Shown: piece after piece, positions 53,025-64,000 of the stretch
How positions within the stretch are numbered: the first letter of the stretch is position 1
Layout: each line of letters opens with the position of its first letter
DNA from: Lama guanicoe
Taxonomy: Eukaryota
Reading direction: 5' to 3'
Assembly (NCBI GenBank): GCA_013239625.1
Contig: MU053652.1
Span: forward strand, 3,833,902 to 3,897,901
DNA: 64,000 bases
The notes under the pieces: generated by a model
What the model saw: the letters and a program-made list of their open reading frames with translations, nothing else
Told to the model about the DNA's origin: nothing
Database searches by the model: none
Program-made: the position numbers and the translations under genes

Positions 53025-53820
53025 AGAACATGCTCTATCAACAAGTCTCTTCAAGTGGACTCCTGGGCTGTCTTAATCATTTACAATGCCTGCTATTAGT
53101 CCAGCACCAGAGATTGCAAAGATTCTTCAATGCAAAGTATAAATGCTAAGGAAGACATAGGGAGAACAGGGCCCAAAGGAGAGGGTAGGTAGGTAATCCA
53201 ATCAATCGACAAATATTTACTGAGGACCAGGTTCTAGGCAAGAGACAGTGTTAAGCAAGAAGGCAGAGTCCCTAACCTCAAGAAACTTCAGTTCTAGAGG
53301 AGAGAGCCATAACAATAAAGATATAAAGGAATAAATAAGAAATTTCAGGAAATGACATGTGCTGTGCAGAGGATATATACTAAGGCAATATGATTAAGAA
53401 AATGACTGGGGGAGGTAGTCTCTCATGGGGCACATTTGATCTGCGACCTGGAATGAGTGAGAAGAAGGCAGTTACAGGAAGAGCTTGGTGAAAAGGTAAA
53501 GGATAAAGGAAGACAAGACCGAAAAAAAATCATGTAAGGCCTTTGTAGGACTTGGAAAGGAGTTTGGATTTTATTCTGATTGAAGGATTTTATGGAGTAG
53601 CTATTTGAGCGCTGGGGGCTGGAGGCAGGGGTGGGGGTGGGGGTATTCAGAGCAGAGGAAACATTGTGGCATATGCAACAGGACCAAGCACAGAGTACAC
53701 CAGAGGTTCAGCTAGGGGGAAGCCAGATGGTCGGGGCCTTACATGCTGTGCAAAGTAATTTGTACTTCATCTTACAGCTCAGTGGTACTGAACATTACGA
53801 AGATCTCTTTAATAACAACC

Positions 53821-53928
53821 AAAAAAGGAAGGAAGGAAGGAAGGAAGGAAGGAAGGAAGGAAGGAGGGGAGGGGAGAGGGAAGGAATAAGGAAGGAAGGA
53901 GGGGAGGGAGGGAAGGAAGAGGGAAGAG
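53821..53928. repeat. (GGAA)n / polypurine tract
   Basis: Seen directly. Confidence 0.95.
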
Positions 53929-54706
53929 AGCAGAACCTCTACTACATGGTAATTGTTCATTCAGAAAAACAGGTAATAAAAAGAGTATACTATAAGTTAC
54001 TTGATTTATTTGAAAACGCAAATGAGAGTATTATCTATTCAGTGTATAAATAACCACAGGTCACCAAAGTTCACTGCAATAACTCCTGGCCACCCTTAGG
54101 GTTCTTGGCTACAGGATGAAAGCACTGCTAAAGGTGAAGAGTAGCATCCTTGCAAACATTCCTCCCAGCTGGTGAAGAATCGCCTGGGAAGGACTGAGGC
54201 TAGAGGTAGTCAAACCAGTAAGGTAATTAATTCAGTGGTCCCTGAGGGAGCAACACTGGGGCCTGAACTAAGATACTGTGGATAGAAAGCAAGTATGAAA
54301 TATTTAGCAGTGAAAATGGAAATGTTTTAGTGAACAACTGAATGTGAACAGTGAAGGAAAGGTTAAGTCCAGCCAGATGCAAACATTCTGGGCTTGTGTT
54401 AATGAGTGGCTCATTAAACCAAGGCAAGGAACAGTAAAAGATCTGCAGAGGCAGACAGGGCAAAACAATATTTACATGAACTGTCCAAACAGATATCCAG
54501 ATCTAGAGCTGTGATGCAGGGGAGGCTGTGATGCAAGTTTGGGACTCATCAACAAGGAAATGGTAATGAAAGCATAGAGCAAGAATAAAATTGACCAGGA
54601 ATAACATATAAAGTGGGACCATAAAAAAAAAGCAAGGAAACTTGGGAATATTCAAAGGGGCATACAGAGGAAGGGAGGAAAAACAAAACAAAAAAAGTGT
54701 GAAGGT

Positions 54707-55393
54707 AGGGGAGGGTGTAGCTCAGCGGTAGAGCGCATGCCTAGCATGCATCAGGTCCTGGGTTCAATCCCCAGTCCTTCTGAGGCGGGAAGCCCCATAA
54801 AAAGACCAGCAGGACCCCTATGCAGGGCTGCTGCTATCCTCCCAGCACCTTCCAGTTCCCTGGCCCAAAGGCTCTATCTCACTTTTTGCCTCTAAAGCAG
54901 CTTATATCTAGAATTCTATTGGTTCCCTGAGCTCACTTCTGATTGGTTATTACTCTCACTTCTGATTGGTCCACTTCCCTAACTTCGGATTGGTCCTTTT
55001 GTAGTACTTCATTTGCATGGGGCTCACTCCTGATTGGTCTATTTCTACAAAGTTTGTTCCTGGCTGGTCAACTTCTGTTGTACTTTATTTGCATATAATG
55101 TTGCAAAGTGTAAAACTGTCAGCCTATAAAAGGCCTGCATAAACCTACAGATGGGGTCCGGAGCGTGAAAGTGTTAACTCCTCTGGGCCCACTGATGTTA
55201 TAAACCTGAGTTCTCCAACTCTCCGAGTGCTGCTTGGTCTCTCGCCCAGATCCAGGTTGCTGTCACAACTGAGCTGTAACACATTTTTCCACAACACTTC
55301 CATTAAAAAAGTAAATAAATAAACAAACCTAATCACCCCCCCCCAAAAAAAAACACAGTAAATGCATATACTTAGTCTGGGGAAAAAAAAAAC
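54707..55393 (+). mobile_element. tRNA-derived SINE (Vic-1-like) split by an LTR
   Basis: Head ggggagggtgtagctcagcggtagagcgcatgc..gggttcaatccccagt at 54708-54775; tail resumes at 55297. Flanking repeat aaaaaa(c)gtgtgaaggt at 54691-54706 and ending at 55403. Confidence 0.88.
54781..55296 (+). mobile_element. ERV1-class solo LTR, 516 bp
   Basis: TG...CA termini, 4-bp TSD cttc (54777-54780 and 55297-55300), TATAAAA at 55125-55131, five ATTGG motifs and two ATTTGCAT octamers upstream of the TATA box. Confidence 0.85.
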
Positions 55394-56672
55394 GTGTGAA
55401 GGTGAGTGAGAAGTTGTAAGGAGAAATGAGAATCAGGAAACAGTAGTGTCGTGGAAATCAAATGAAGAGAGCAGTCAACAATATCAAATGCGGTGAAAGA
55501 AGGGTTCAGACAATGACTTGCCAAGAGAGTCAATATATTCACTCATTTATTCATTCATTCATTCAACACATACATAAAAATCACCTACTGTGGGTCAAGC
55601 ATTGATGCAGACACAGAGGAGACAGCAGTGAACAAAAAAAGAAAAAGTCCTCACCTTCTTAGATTTTACATCCTACCAGAGGGAAATAAACTAAACAAAT
55701 ATATACACAATATTTTAGGGAGAGGGGAGGTAGGAGTGTACTGGTCAAGAAATGTCTTTCTGACAAGATCTCTGAGCTCAGGGCTGCAGGAAGTGAAGAT
55801 AAAATGAAATACTTGGGGAAAGAGTATCCAAGGCAGCAAGAACAGCAAATGCAAAGATGCTGAGACAGGAGCTTGCTTGGTGTGATCAAAGAACAGCAAA
55901 ACAGCTCATGTGCCTGAAGCAGCCTAAGCTAGAGGAGGACAAGCAGGTGAGGTCAGAGAGGGTAGCCACAGACAGACTTGTGGGACCTTGAGGGCTACAC
56001 AGGATCTTTGGATTTTACTGAATGAGATGGGGAGTCTTCGAAAGGTTTTGAGCAGGGGAAAGATGTAATCTGATTTTTTGATTTACGTTTTTAAAGGGTC
56101 ACTTGGGCTGCTGTGCGAAAGCAGACTGAAGGGAAGAAAAGGTGGAAGTAGGAAGATCAATTATAAACCTACTGAAAGATGAGCATGGCCTGGACCAGAG
56201 TAGCAGCACCAAAGGTGGTAAGAAGTAATAAGATTTTGCATGTTTTGAGGGTAGAACTGCCAGGATTTCCTGACAACTTGGATGCAGGGTAGAGTGAAAG
56301 AGAGGCGTCTAAAAATGACTCCAAGGTTTTGGTTTGAGCAACTAGAAGAACATAATAGCCATTTACTGGGATGGGAATGAGTGTCAAAGGAACAACTAAG
56401 ATGCCTATTATACATCCACATGGAAATGTTGAGTAAGATGTTGTGAATTGAAGCCTTAAGTGTGCTACTTTAAAAACTGTTTTTAGATGCTCTTAAATGC
56501 TTTTAAACTGCTCTTTAACATTTATTTCTGCTCCTTTTTTTGAAGAATATAATTAAGAACTACACTTGTATACTTAGAAATGTTGAAGTCAACATTTATT
56601 ACTTAGGTTCATTCTTGTCTGGACAAATCAACTATAAAAGTGCCACTAATACCTTTTCTAAAGTAAAAAATA

Positions 56673-57072
56673 TGATGAGTGAAAAAAAAATGCACAGCCT
56701 AAAAGTTGAGAATTACGTTTTATTCAGTGGACTTGCTGAGGACTCAAGCCCAGAATACAGCCTCTCAGATAGCTCTGAGGGACTACTCCAAAGAGGTAAG
56801 GGAGGAGCCAGGTATATAGGAGTTTTTGTAACAAAACCTAGGTAGTTAGAACATTAAAAGAGTACTGTTAATTAAAGAAAAACAGACATCTCAAGTTAAT
56901 AAGAAGATGCAAAATCTGGGTTCACTGAAATCATTCTTTCATATGCACCTTAACTATCTAGGGCCAGTATTGGGGTGGGGGGGGCAGTGAGGCGGGGGTT
57001 ACAGTGTCTGATAGCTTGATGGCCACAACATCCTTTGTCTGATGATATGGCAGGCAACATTCTTCATCCACA
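56673..57072 (-). mobile_element. ERV1-class solo LTR (MER41-like), 400 bp
   Basis: TG...CA termini, 4-bp TSD aata (56669-56672 and 57073-57076), minus-strand AATAAA at 56724-56719 and TATATA near 56813-56818. Confidence 0.8.
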
Positions 57073-57725
57073 AATATAACACTAAGTCATAATTACCTAT
57101 CATATCTCAGATTTATGTCAAACATTCTTCTTTATGGATGTCAAAACAGTCTATGAAAACAAGATAACTACGTAAGTTTAACTATGCTGGAGAGATTCAA
57201 GGATGTGCTCTGTAAATTACTATATGAATACTCTTTTTTTCTTTTCTTTTCTTTCTTTGCCCAAGAGATAGCTATAGTGTAAGTAGAAAGAAGCCAGAAC
57301 TTGGGAGTCAGAAATGCCTGGTTTTGATTTCTTGTTGCATAACCTAGAATAAAATCATAAAATCTCTAAGAGCTTCTGTTTGATCATCTGCAAAGCTGAC
57401 AAGGATGATCCTTGACTCATAAGGTAGTAACAGTAATGATATCTAACATTTATTGAGCCTTTACTATGTGCTAGGTACTCTTCTAAGCACTTTTATGTAT
57501 ATGATCTCATTATAATGTATAATGTAATCCTCACAACTCCATGAGGTATTATTAATAATTATCCTGTCATGATGAAATGAGGCACAATGAGGTTAAGTAA
57601 TTGTTGCAAAGTGAATAGGAAATGAGTGACAGAAACAAAATTTAAATCTTGGCAATGTACATAATAGTGCCTTACAGTTTATAAAACATGTTCATATTTT
57701 GTTTTTAAAGGCAGGTACAGCACAG

Positions 57726-57806
57726 TATTAGACCGAACAATGTGAAATTGCTTTTTGTAGATCCAAAACAGTCAAATGTCAGCAATTTCATATGGTTCAA
57801 CCAAAA
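57726..57806. mobile_element. MADE2-like mariner MITE (~80 bp, near-palindromic)
   Basis: tattag.c.gaac.at.tgaaattgc ... gcaatttcatatggttcaacc inverted arms. Confidence 0.8.
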
Positions 57807-60769
57807 CTATTATGCTACAGCCACTTAAAAAAATGAATTGCGAAGATGTTTTTTTAACTGTAAAACACAATGGAAGGTATTATTTTAAGCAACAATAAAT
57901 AGAACCACACTAAGAATTATCACAATTGTGAAACTGAAAGCAGTATGAAAAAGAGCAGACAGTAAATATGGGAGTCCATTCAAATTACACATCAATGATC
58001 AACAGTAAATCAAAACTCTGTTATATATCCAGCCCAGGTTTCCATCTGCAGTCTTGGTATTTTTGAGAATTAATCTTCTGAATGATAATGGAGACAATCT
58101 CAAGCTGACATCATTTTCCCCGTGGCACTCATTACCACCCGATGTAACATTTATTTAGCTTTTATTCCCTCAACTCATTAGAAAGTAAGCTCGTAGAGGC
58201 AAAGACATTCTGTTTTATTCAATGCTTTATCCTCAGCACCAAGAACTGTTCCAGGCTCCCAATAATTACTTAGATTTGTTTACTGAATGAATGAGAAATT
58301 AAAACTTCCTAAATTGGACAAAAACATACAAAATACATTTTAAGATAAAAGATAGAGTGCCCAGACATTTTGTAATGTGAACAATAGTAATTAAACAAAA
58401 CTTTCTAAATAGCATATGGTCCCCAACATAAACACTTCAAAAAGTGTCAGACATCTAAATTTGAATAATACCTATTCAAAAATTAAAATCTCCATATTTC
58501 CTTTGTGAGTAATCCACTAAAACAAACCCTATCTTGAATTACTTACAAAATTAAAATTAGAATAGCATAATCAAAGTTTCAGACATAGTAAGAAGGAAAA
58601 TCATCTTAGACTCCTAGATAAGGAAAGGAAGTTAGAGAAAAGTAAAAAAGCACATACATTTCTAGGATAAAATTTACAGAATGGTTAAATATAAAACTAA
58701 AATGACTTTACTTAAAACTAGGAATAACATTTCCATTTTAGAATTTGTTTAACCTATACAAGCTATCTCTAAACTTAAAGGGGAAAGAAGAAATGCTACC
58801 CTAAATTTCTAAAGAAATAAAAGCTGCCTAAATAACATTTACACTATATTTCCTGTTCAAAAAAATCACCAAAATTTTTCCATAACTATGGAAATGTTAT
58901 ATCCATTTAGAATAACTTATTTGAAACATTGTAGAGCACTGTACAAAGAAGAGGAGATAATAATCATCTTATAGTAATAAAAAATGTTTTTCTCACTGCT
59001 AAGTTCTCAATGTGATCTTTTATAAAATTCTAAAACACAAAAGGGGAAAGGGACCATCAAATGTAATTTACCATATACACTTATCAACAGCCGCTTGGTC
59101 CTGGCCACAAAAGACGTCCTGCAGCTGGCTGTCAAACCACCAAAAGCTGCTTGTCACCCACCTTCCTAAGCGCTTAGAACTAAGCTCACTTGGGTCAAAA
59201 CAAGTCAACTGTCTTTCTCACCAGTAATATACTGGAACAAAAGTGTCAAGTATAATTCTGGCTGCCAAGATTTTGTTCTTAAGAACAGACTTGTAACTAT
59301 TAAAGCAGACATTAAATTAAAGCTGTTGCCTAAAAGAAAAGGGTTATCTGCATCTGTCGCTTGACTGGGATAATACTTCTGAGGTCTTGATGTGGAATTA
59401 AACCAGAGGAAAGAGAGGCAACTGGAAAAATCAACAAATATCAAAACCCAAAAACAGAGTGAACAAAGAGTAAACTACTGGGAAAAAAATGAATATGCCA
59501 GTAGTAACATGTAAATAAAAGTAGGGTTATACTTTAGAACAGGTTCCATGTGTTGTGCAACAAGGAATATTCACTCTGACTTAGTATAGTTACTAATTAT
59601 TAGCCAGAGAAATATTACAGAAGTATTAAAGGAGGAAGTAAATTGGTATGTACTGACACAGAAAAATGCCCACATTATACTGCTATAAATTGAAAAAAAA
59701 CAGGTTATAAAACTTGCTAGGATGAGTATGATCTCATTTTTTAAAAAAAAGGTACAGATATGGTTATGTGCAAACAAAAGAATCTAGAAAGATACACTGA
59801 AACTGTTAAGAATGCTTTTCTTCTGTGCAGAATGGAATTATGAATTATGAAGAACTGAATTCTGTTTTATAGATTTTTTTCTCCCTTTAAAGTAATAAGC
59901 ATGTAGTTACTTTTATAATGAGGGGATGGAGGAGGGGTTATTCCCAAGTCTGGGAAAGAAAAATAAAATAGCATAAGTCCCTCTCCCTCTTCACCAAATA
60001 GAAAGTCTGAGGGTGACCTCCAAGCTCATGGATCAGGGAGACTCATACATAGACCATCAAAGCTGCTCAATGGGAACTCTTTCTTTAAACAGAATCCTAT
60101 GTGGAACCTCAAAATATAAGATAAAAATGGAACTTCTCTAATTGAAGGAGCTGGGGGCTGTAGAGAGCTATATGCACTCATCCCCCTCACCTCCTGCAAT
60201 ACCCTCTGAGGCTCGTTCCTCAGGACTCCACAGAGCAGAAGCAGAAGAGGAAATGCCTCGGTTAATGCAAGTCTTCCACTGCATAGTTGGGAAACTGAAG
60301 TCCAAGAATTAGCCACCTGTTAAGACCTCTGCCTTACAGACTCACCCCAGGGTCATTTTATACCCTAGGCATTATAGACACAGTCCTTGAGGCCTGCAGC
60401 TTTTCAAATACATACAGAAAAGTTTATAGAGAAAAGGGAAAACACAAAAGAATTGACTCCAACATACCAAAAGAATGAATAATGAATGTCAAAAAAAAAA
60501 AAAGGAGGAGGAGGAGAAGGAGAGGAAGAGGAAGAAAACGAAACATAAAGCTTCCTGATGTTCAACATGATCCAAGCACACTACAACTCTCTAGTGGCTT
60601 TGCAAACGTATATTTTTCTACTGTCTGAGGTTTGTGTTTAGCCATACATATCTATCAAAGCAACACAAGCTGGAATCAGCCACTGAGAAAAACAAATGGA
60701 AAAAAAGGCAGCAATGGAGGGACAGTTTTTGGAACTGAAGAGAGATAAACGATATGTTAACCAAATAGG

Positions 60770-61480
60770 TGGATAACTACAGATGCAAGGGATAGTAAAG
60801 CCTGCCCTTGGTGGGTAAAATCAAATTCCAAAAAGACTCAAACAGTCTAAAATAATAAGCAAAATCAAATAGGATAAATTTCAATAAGCATAAACATAAC
60901 ATTCTGAACTTTGGCTTAAAAAAAAACAGCCATTGCAGAAAGACATAGGATGATGACTTTTGTCACCATCACAGAAAAAAAGGCTCAGGTGTGCTGGTTC
61001 ACACGAAGCTTAGTGTGGAAATAAACATCATGACAAGCAACATATGTAAAATGTGGATAATGAAAGGTGCTTGCTGCATCAGCCTGATCACATCTGTATT
61101 TAGTGCTGGGCACTTTACTTTTTAAAGAGGTAGAAAAACCCCATTATATTTCATTGGGACTGTGAAACAGCCAATATTATAAGGAACAGTCAAAAAAAAT
61201 AGAGATGTCTAAACCTAAAGAAAGGGTCTTGGAAAATGACCTCTGATTAAATATTAAAGAATATCATTAAGAGGAATTATAAATATTGTGTGTCCCTAAT
61301 AAGAACAAATAGGCAAGAAGTTAGGGGAGGTAGGGCAGAATTCTGGCCAACAGATCATTCTTCTAACAGGAATATGAAGATGGAGTGGGTTGTCAGGAAG
61401 CAGTGAGCTCTAAGATACCAAGAGGTATCTTCATGCAAAACAAAGACAACCAGTTGAGAGCACTGGAGAAGTGGGCCTTG
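60770..61480 (+). mobile_element. CR1/L3-like relic (approximate)
   Basis: aaattccaaaaagact..aggataaatttcaata.g.ataaa..tgctgggcact..gcagtgagctc motifs, very degenerate. Confidence 0.5.
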
Positions 61481-62374
61481 TACCTATCTTGACTCAAACT
61501 AGCATGCCGAAAATAAGGGAGAAAAAAAAAACCCACAGAAAACAAAAACAAAAAAGCTCTAAGATTCTGTACCAAGAGTGTCTGAACCACGGGGTTTACA
61601 AATGTGTATTTAGAAAGACTGTCTCAAGTGTCTCAGGATACAAACCCTGGATAAGATTTGATATAGTCCTTTCCCTTCATCTACTGAGAGAATATAATCT
61701 ACTGATATATAATTCTTCTGCAGTTTGGGGTATGTACAAATGTACACACAAAATTACACAGATGGTATAAAGCAAGCTTTAACTAAGGTTTGGTCCTCCT
61801 TGAGAACTGTAACAGTAGAAACTGAAAGGCTTTCCTAGAGAAATGTAGGAAAAAGTATCATACTTCTTCTGCTATCATAGTCTTAAAACATTTTTAAAAG
61901 TTTCTTTATTTTTAAATTGCAAAGGAAAGCAGGCTTTATTAATGTACTGCTCCTCTAATCCCACCTTGGAAGAACTGTACAGTGAAACTAATTGTGTAAC
62001 AACACTTTTATTGAATGCTGCAGTCTCAACCATCCACACCATAGCCAGGAGACCCTGGGAAACAGTTTTAGTTTTGTCTTATTTGCCTTTTAAATCAGTA
62101 CATTAGTCTAACAAGCGTAGTTCTCTCATTCCCCAGGCCAAAGCAAGAGAAGCAGTAAAGCTGGATAAAGAGAGCAAGAATAAAGGAAAAGAAATAAAAC
62201 AAATAAATTAAAGAAAAAGCAGACAAGAACGAGCATAGCACAAGCAGCTGATGATATATATGGAAGGACAACCAGCCCTAAGATCTCAATGCTTGTAAGG
62301 GCATCATCCTATCATAAGACAGGCATTTCTTTACATACCTGACAAATGCATTTTTGAAAAAGCATGAACAATGT

Positions 62375-63145
62375 TAAAATGCATATGCCAGTCACTTTGG
62401 AAGACAGTTTGGCAGTTTCTTATAAAACTAAACATACTCTTACTATATGATCCAACACACTCCTTGGTATTTATCCATATGAGCTGAAAACCTATGTACA
62501 CAACAAAAATCTGCACACAAATATTTGTACTCTTTATTGATAATTGCCAAAACTTGGAAGTAATCAAGATGTCCTTCAATGGGTGACTGGATAAACAAAC
62601 TGTGGTATACCCATACAGTAGAATATTATTTAGCACTAAGAAGAATCAAGCCATGAAAAGACAAGGAAGAATCTTAAATGCATATTACTGCATGAAAGAA
62701 GCCAATGTGAAAAGGCTGCTTAGTCTGATTCCAACTATATAACATTCTGGAAAAGGCAAAACTGTACTGATAAGAAAAAGATCAGTGGTTGCCAGGATTG
62801 AGGGTGTAGGTGGGGGAAATTAATAGGTGGAGCACAGAGGACATTTAGGGCAGTACAAATACTCTTCATGATGATATAGTGATGGATGTGTGATTACACA
62901 TTAGTCCAAATCCACAGAAATATACAACACCAAGAGTAAACCCTAAAGTAAACTATGGGCTTTGGTGATTATATGTCAATGTAGGGTTTTTCTTGGTAAA
63001 AAATTCACCATTCTGGTCAGTTGTGCTGATAATGGGTGAGACTGTGTATATGTGGGGAAAAGGGAGTATACAGGAAATCTCTGTACCTCTCAATTTTGCT
63101 GTAAATCTAAAACTGCTCTTTAAAAAATGAAGTCTTAAAAAAAGT
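62375..63145 (+). mobile_element. L1MC/MB-type 3' end
   Basis: cactttggaagacagtttggcagtttctta..gaaagaagccaat.tgaaaaggct..acaccaagagt.aaccctaa.gtaaactatgg..gctgtaaa.ctaaaactgctct. Confidence 0.8.
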
Positions 63146-64000
63146 CAAAAGGAAGCCTACAATGAGTATCTGTGTGCTGTTTAAATCAGAATACTATGTA
63201 CTGTTTATAATTTTATATTTTCTTGGCAAATAAATGTCATGGTGGAAAGCACTGGTTACTGAACAGTACTGGAATTTCTTTTGATCTAAGTGCCTTTGAA
63301 CTTGTGCACTTTTTAGTTAGTTAGACATTTATTAGCATACCACGCCACTGGGGAAGGGAGCAGGAACAGCATGATACTAAAAAGACAAGGGCCACCACAG
63401 GCTACTGCTGACAAACATGAGCTCCACTAAATCATTATTCAAAGTGAAGAAGGAAAAGTCATAGGTATTTTTCCCACCAGCGACAGTGTTAGGAAAGCTC
63501 CATCAGTAACACTCTCTTCATTAGATGAAGCTGACCCACCACCTGATTTCTTCAGTCTTTCCCCACCACCATGCATCCTATACATTCAAATGTATTCAAT
63601 ATTATATATTACTAACTATACATTATGTATATATTGTACATAAACTATGTTTTAATAAATACATGTATTTAAACTATAAAATATATATGCTGTATGTAAA
63701 TTATAGCACTACATAACTATGAAAGTATTCAGCATTATCTAACTACAGTAGGCTATGATGATTTAGTTTGGAGGAGTTCCTGATTACCCCTGAAAATCCC
63801 TGCCCCCCTCCCAACATTTACCATGATTTCTTATAGGAACATTGGTTTTTGACATATGCATTTTTTTAAATAAATATGTTTTATTTTTAGAGCAGTTTTA
63901 AGTTTATAGAAAAATTAAGCAAAGTACAGTGAATTCTCATATACCTCCTTCACCACCCTCTTCCTCTCCAATCAACATCTTCCTTAGTGTGGTTAAATGT

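Larger units (their letters stand above)
53195..56450 (-). mobile_element. L2 fragments (at least two; approximate), interrupted by younger insertions
   Basis: L2 3'-end signatures caaatatttactgag (53210) and attcattcattcaaca (55550) followed by degenerate L2 body. Confidence 0.7.

Noticed and set aside
53631..54053. 140-aa ORF and overlapping antisense ORFs
   Set aside because: They stay open because of the stop-free (GGAA)n tract, and the product is low complexity.
54708..54780. Functional tRNA-Ala gene
   Set aside because: The tRNA-like head continues into a SINE tail, has a TSD and has three diverged relatives nearby, so it is a SINE.
57726..57806. Pre-miRNA hairpin
   Set aside because: Explained by the inverted arms of a MADE2-like MITE; no expression evidence is available.
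59060..59240. Possible additional 5'UTR exon (minus-strand AAG|gtgggt donor near 59162)
   Set aside because: There are several weak alternative splice-like motifs and no way to choose boundaries from sequence alone.

Overview
Mammalian genomic DNA containing most of the nuclear respiratory factor 1 gene (NRF1) on the minus strand. Seven coding exons (exons 2-8 by human numbering; 223+115+127+141+159+198+102 = 1065 nt, codons 1-355) have GT-AG boundaries that splice into one open frame. The last exons lie beyond position 1 and the main first exon is probably beyond position 64000, so 38.1-64 kb is inferred to be intron 1. The rest is AT-rich intron full of L1, L2, MIR, CR1, DNA-transposon and solo-LTR relics. 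The tRNA-derived SINEs resemble camelid Vic-1 and no Alu, Bov-tA, PRE-1 or Can-SINE was recognised, so a camelid source is inferred. The most unusual object is a 322-bp insertion 103 nt into intron 3: five head-to-tail copies of the last ~55 nt of a lineage L1, inside one perfect 16-bp target-site duplication (TSD). It may belong to a non-autonomous multimeric retroelement family. Other oddities: a CCAAT/octamer-rich ERV1 solo LTR nested in a SINE, TSD-flanked orphan insertions, a 13-nt L1 insertion, a twin-primed L1 with extra junction DNA, a SINE-L1 tail composite and a candidate alternative 5'UTR exon. Repeat family names come from recognition by eye, not from a database search.
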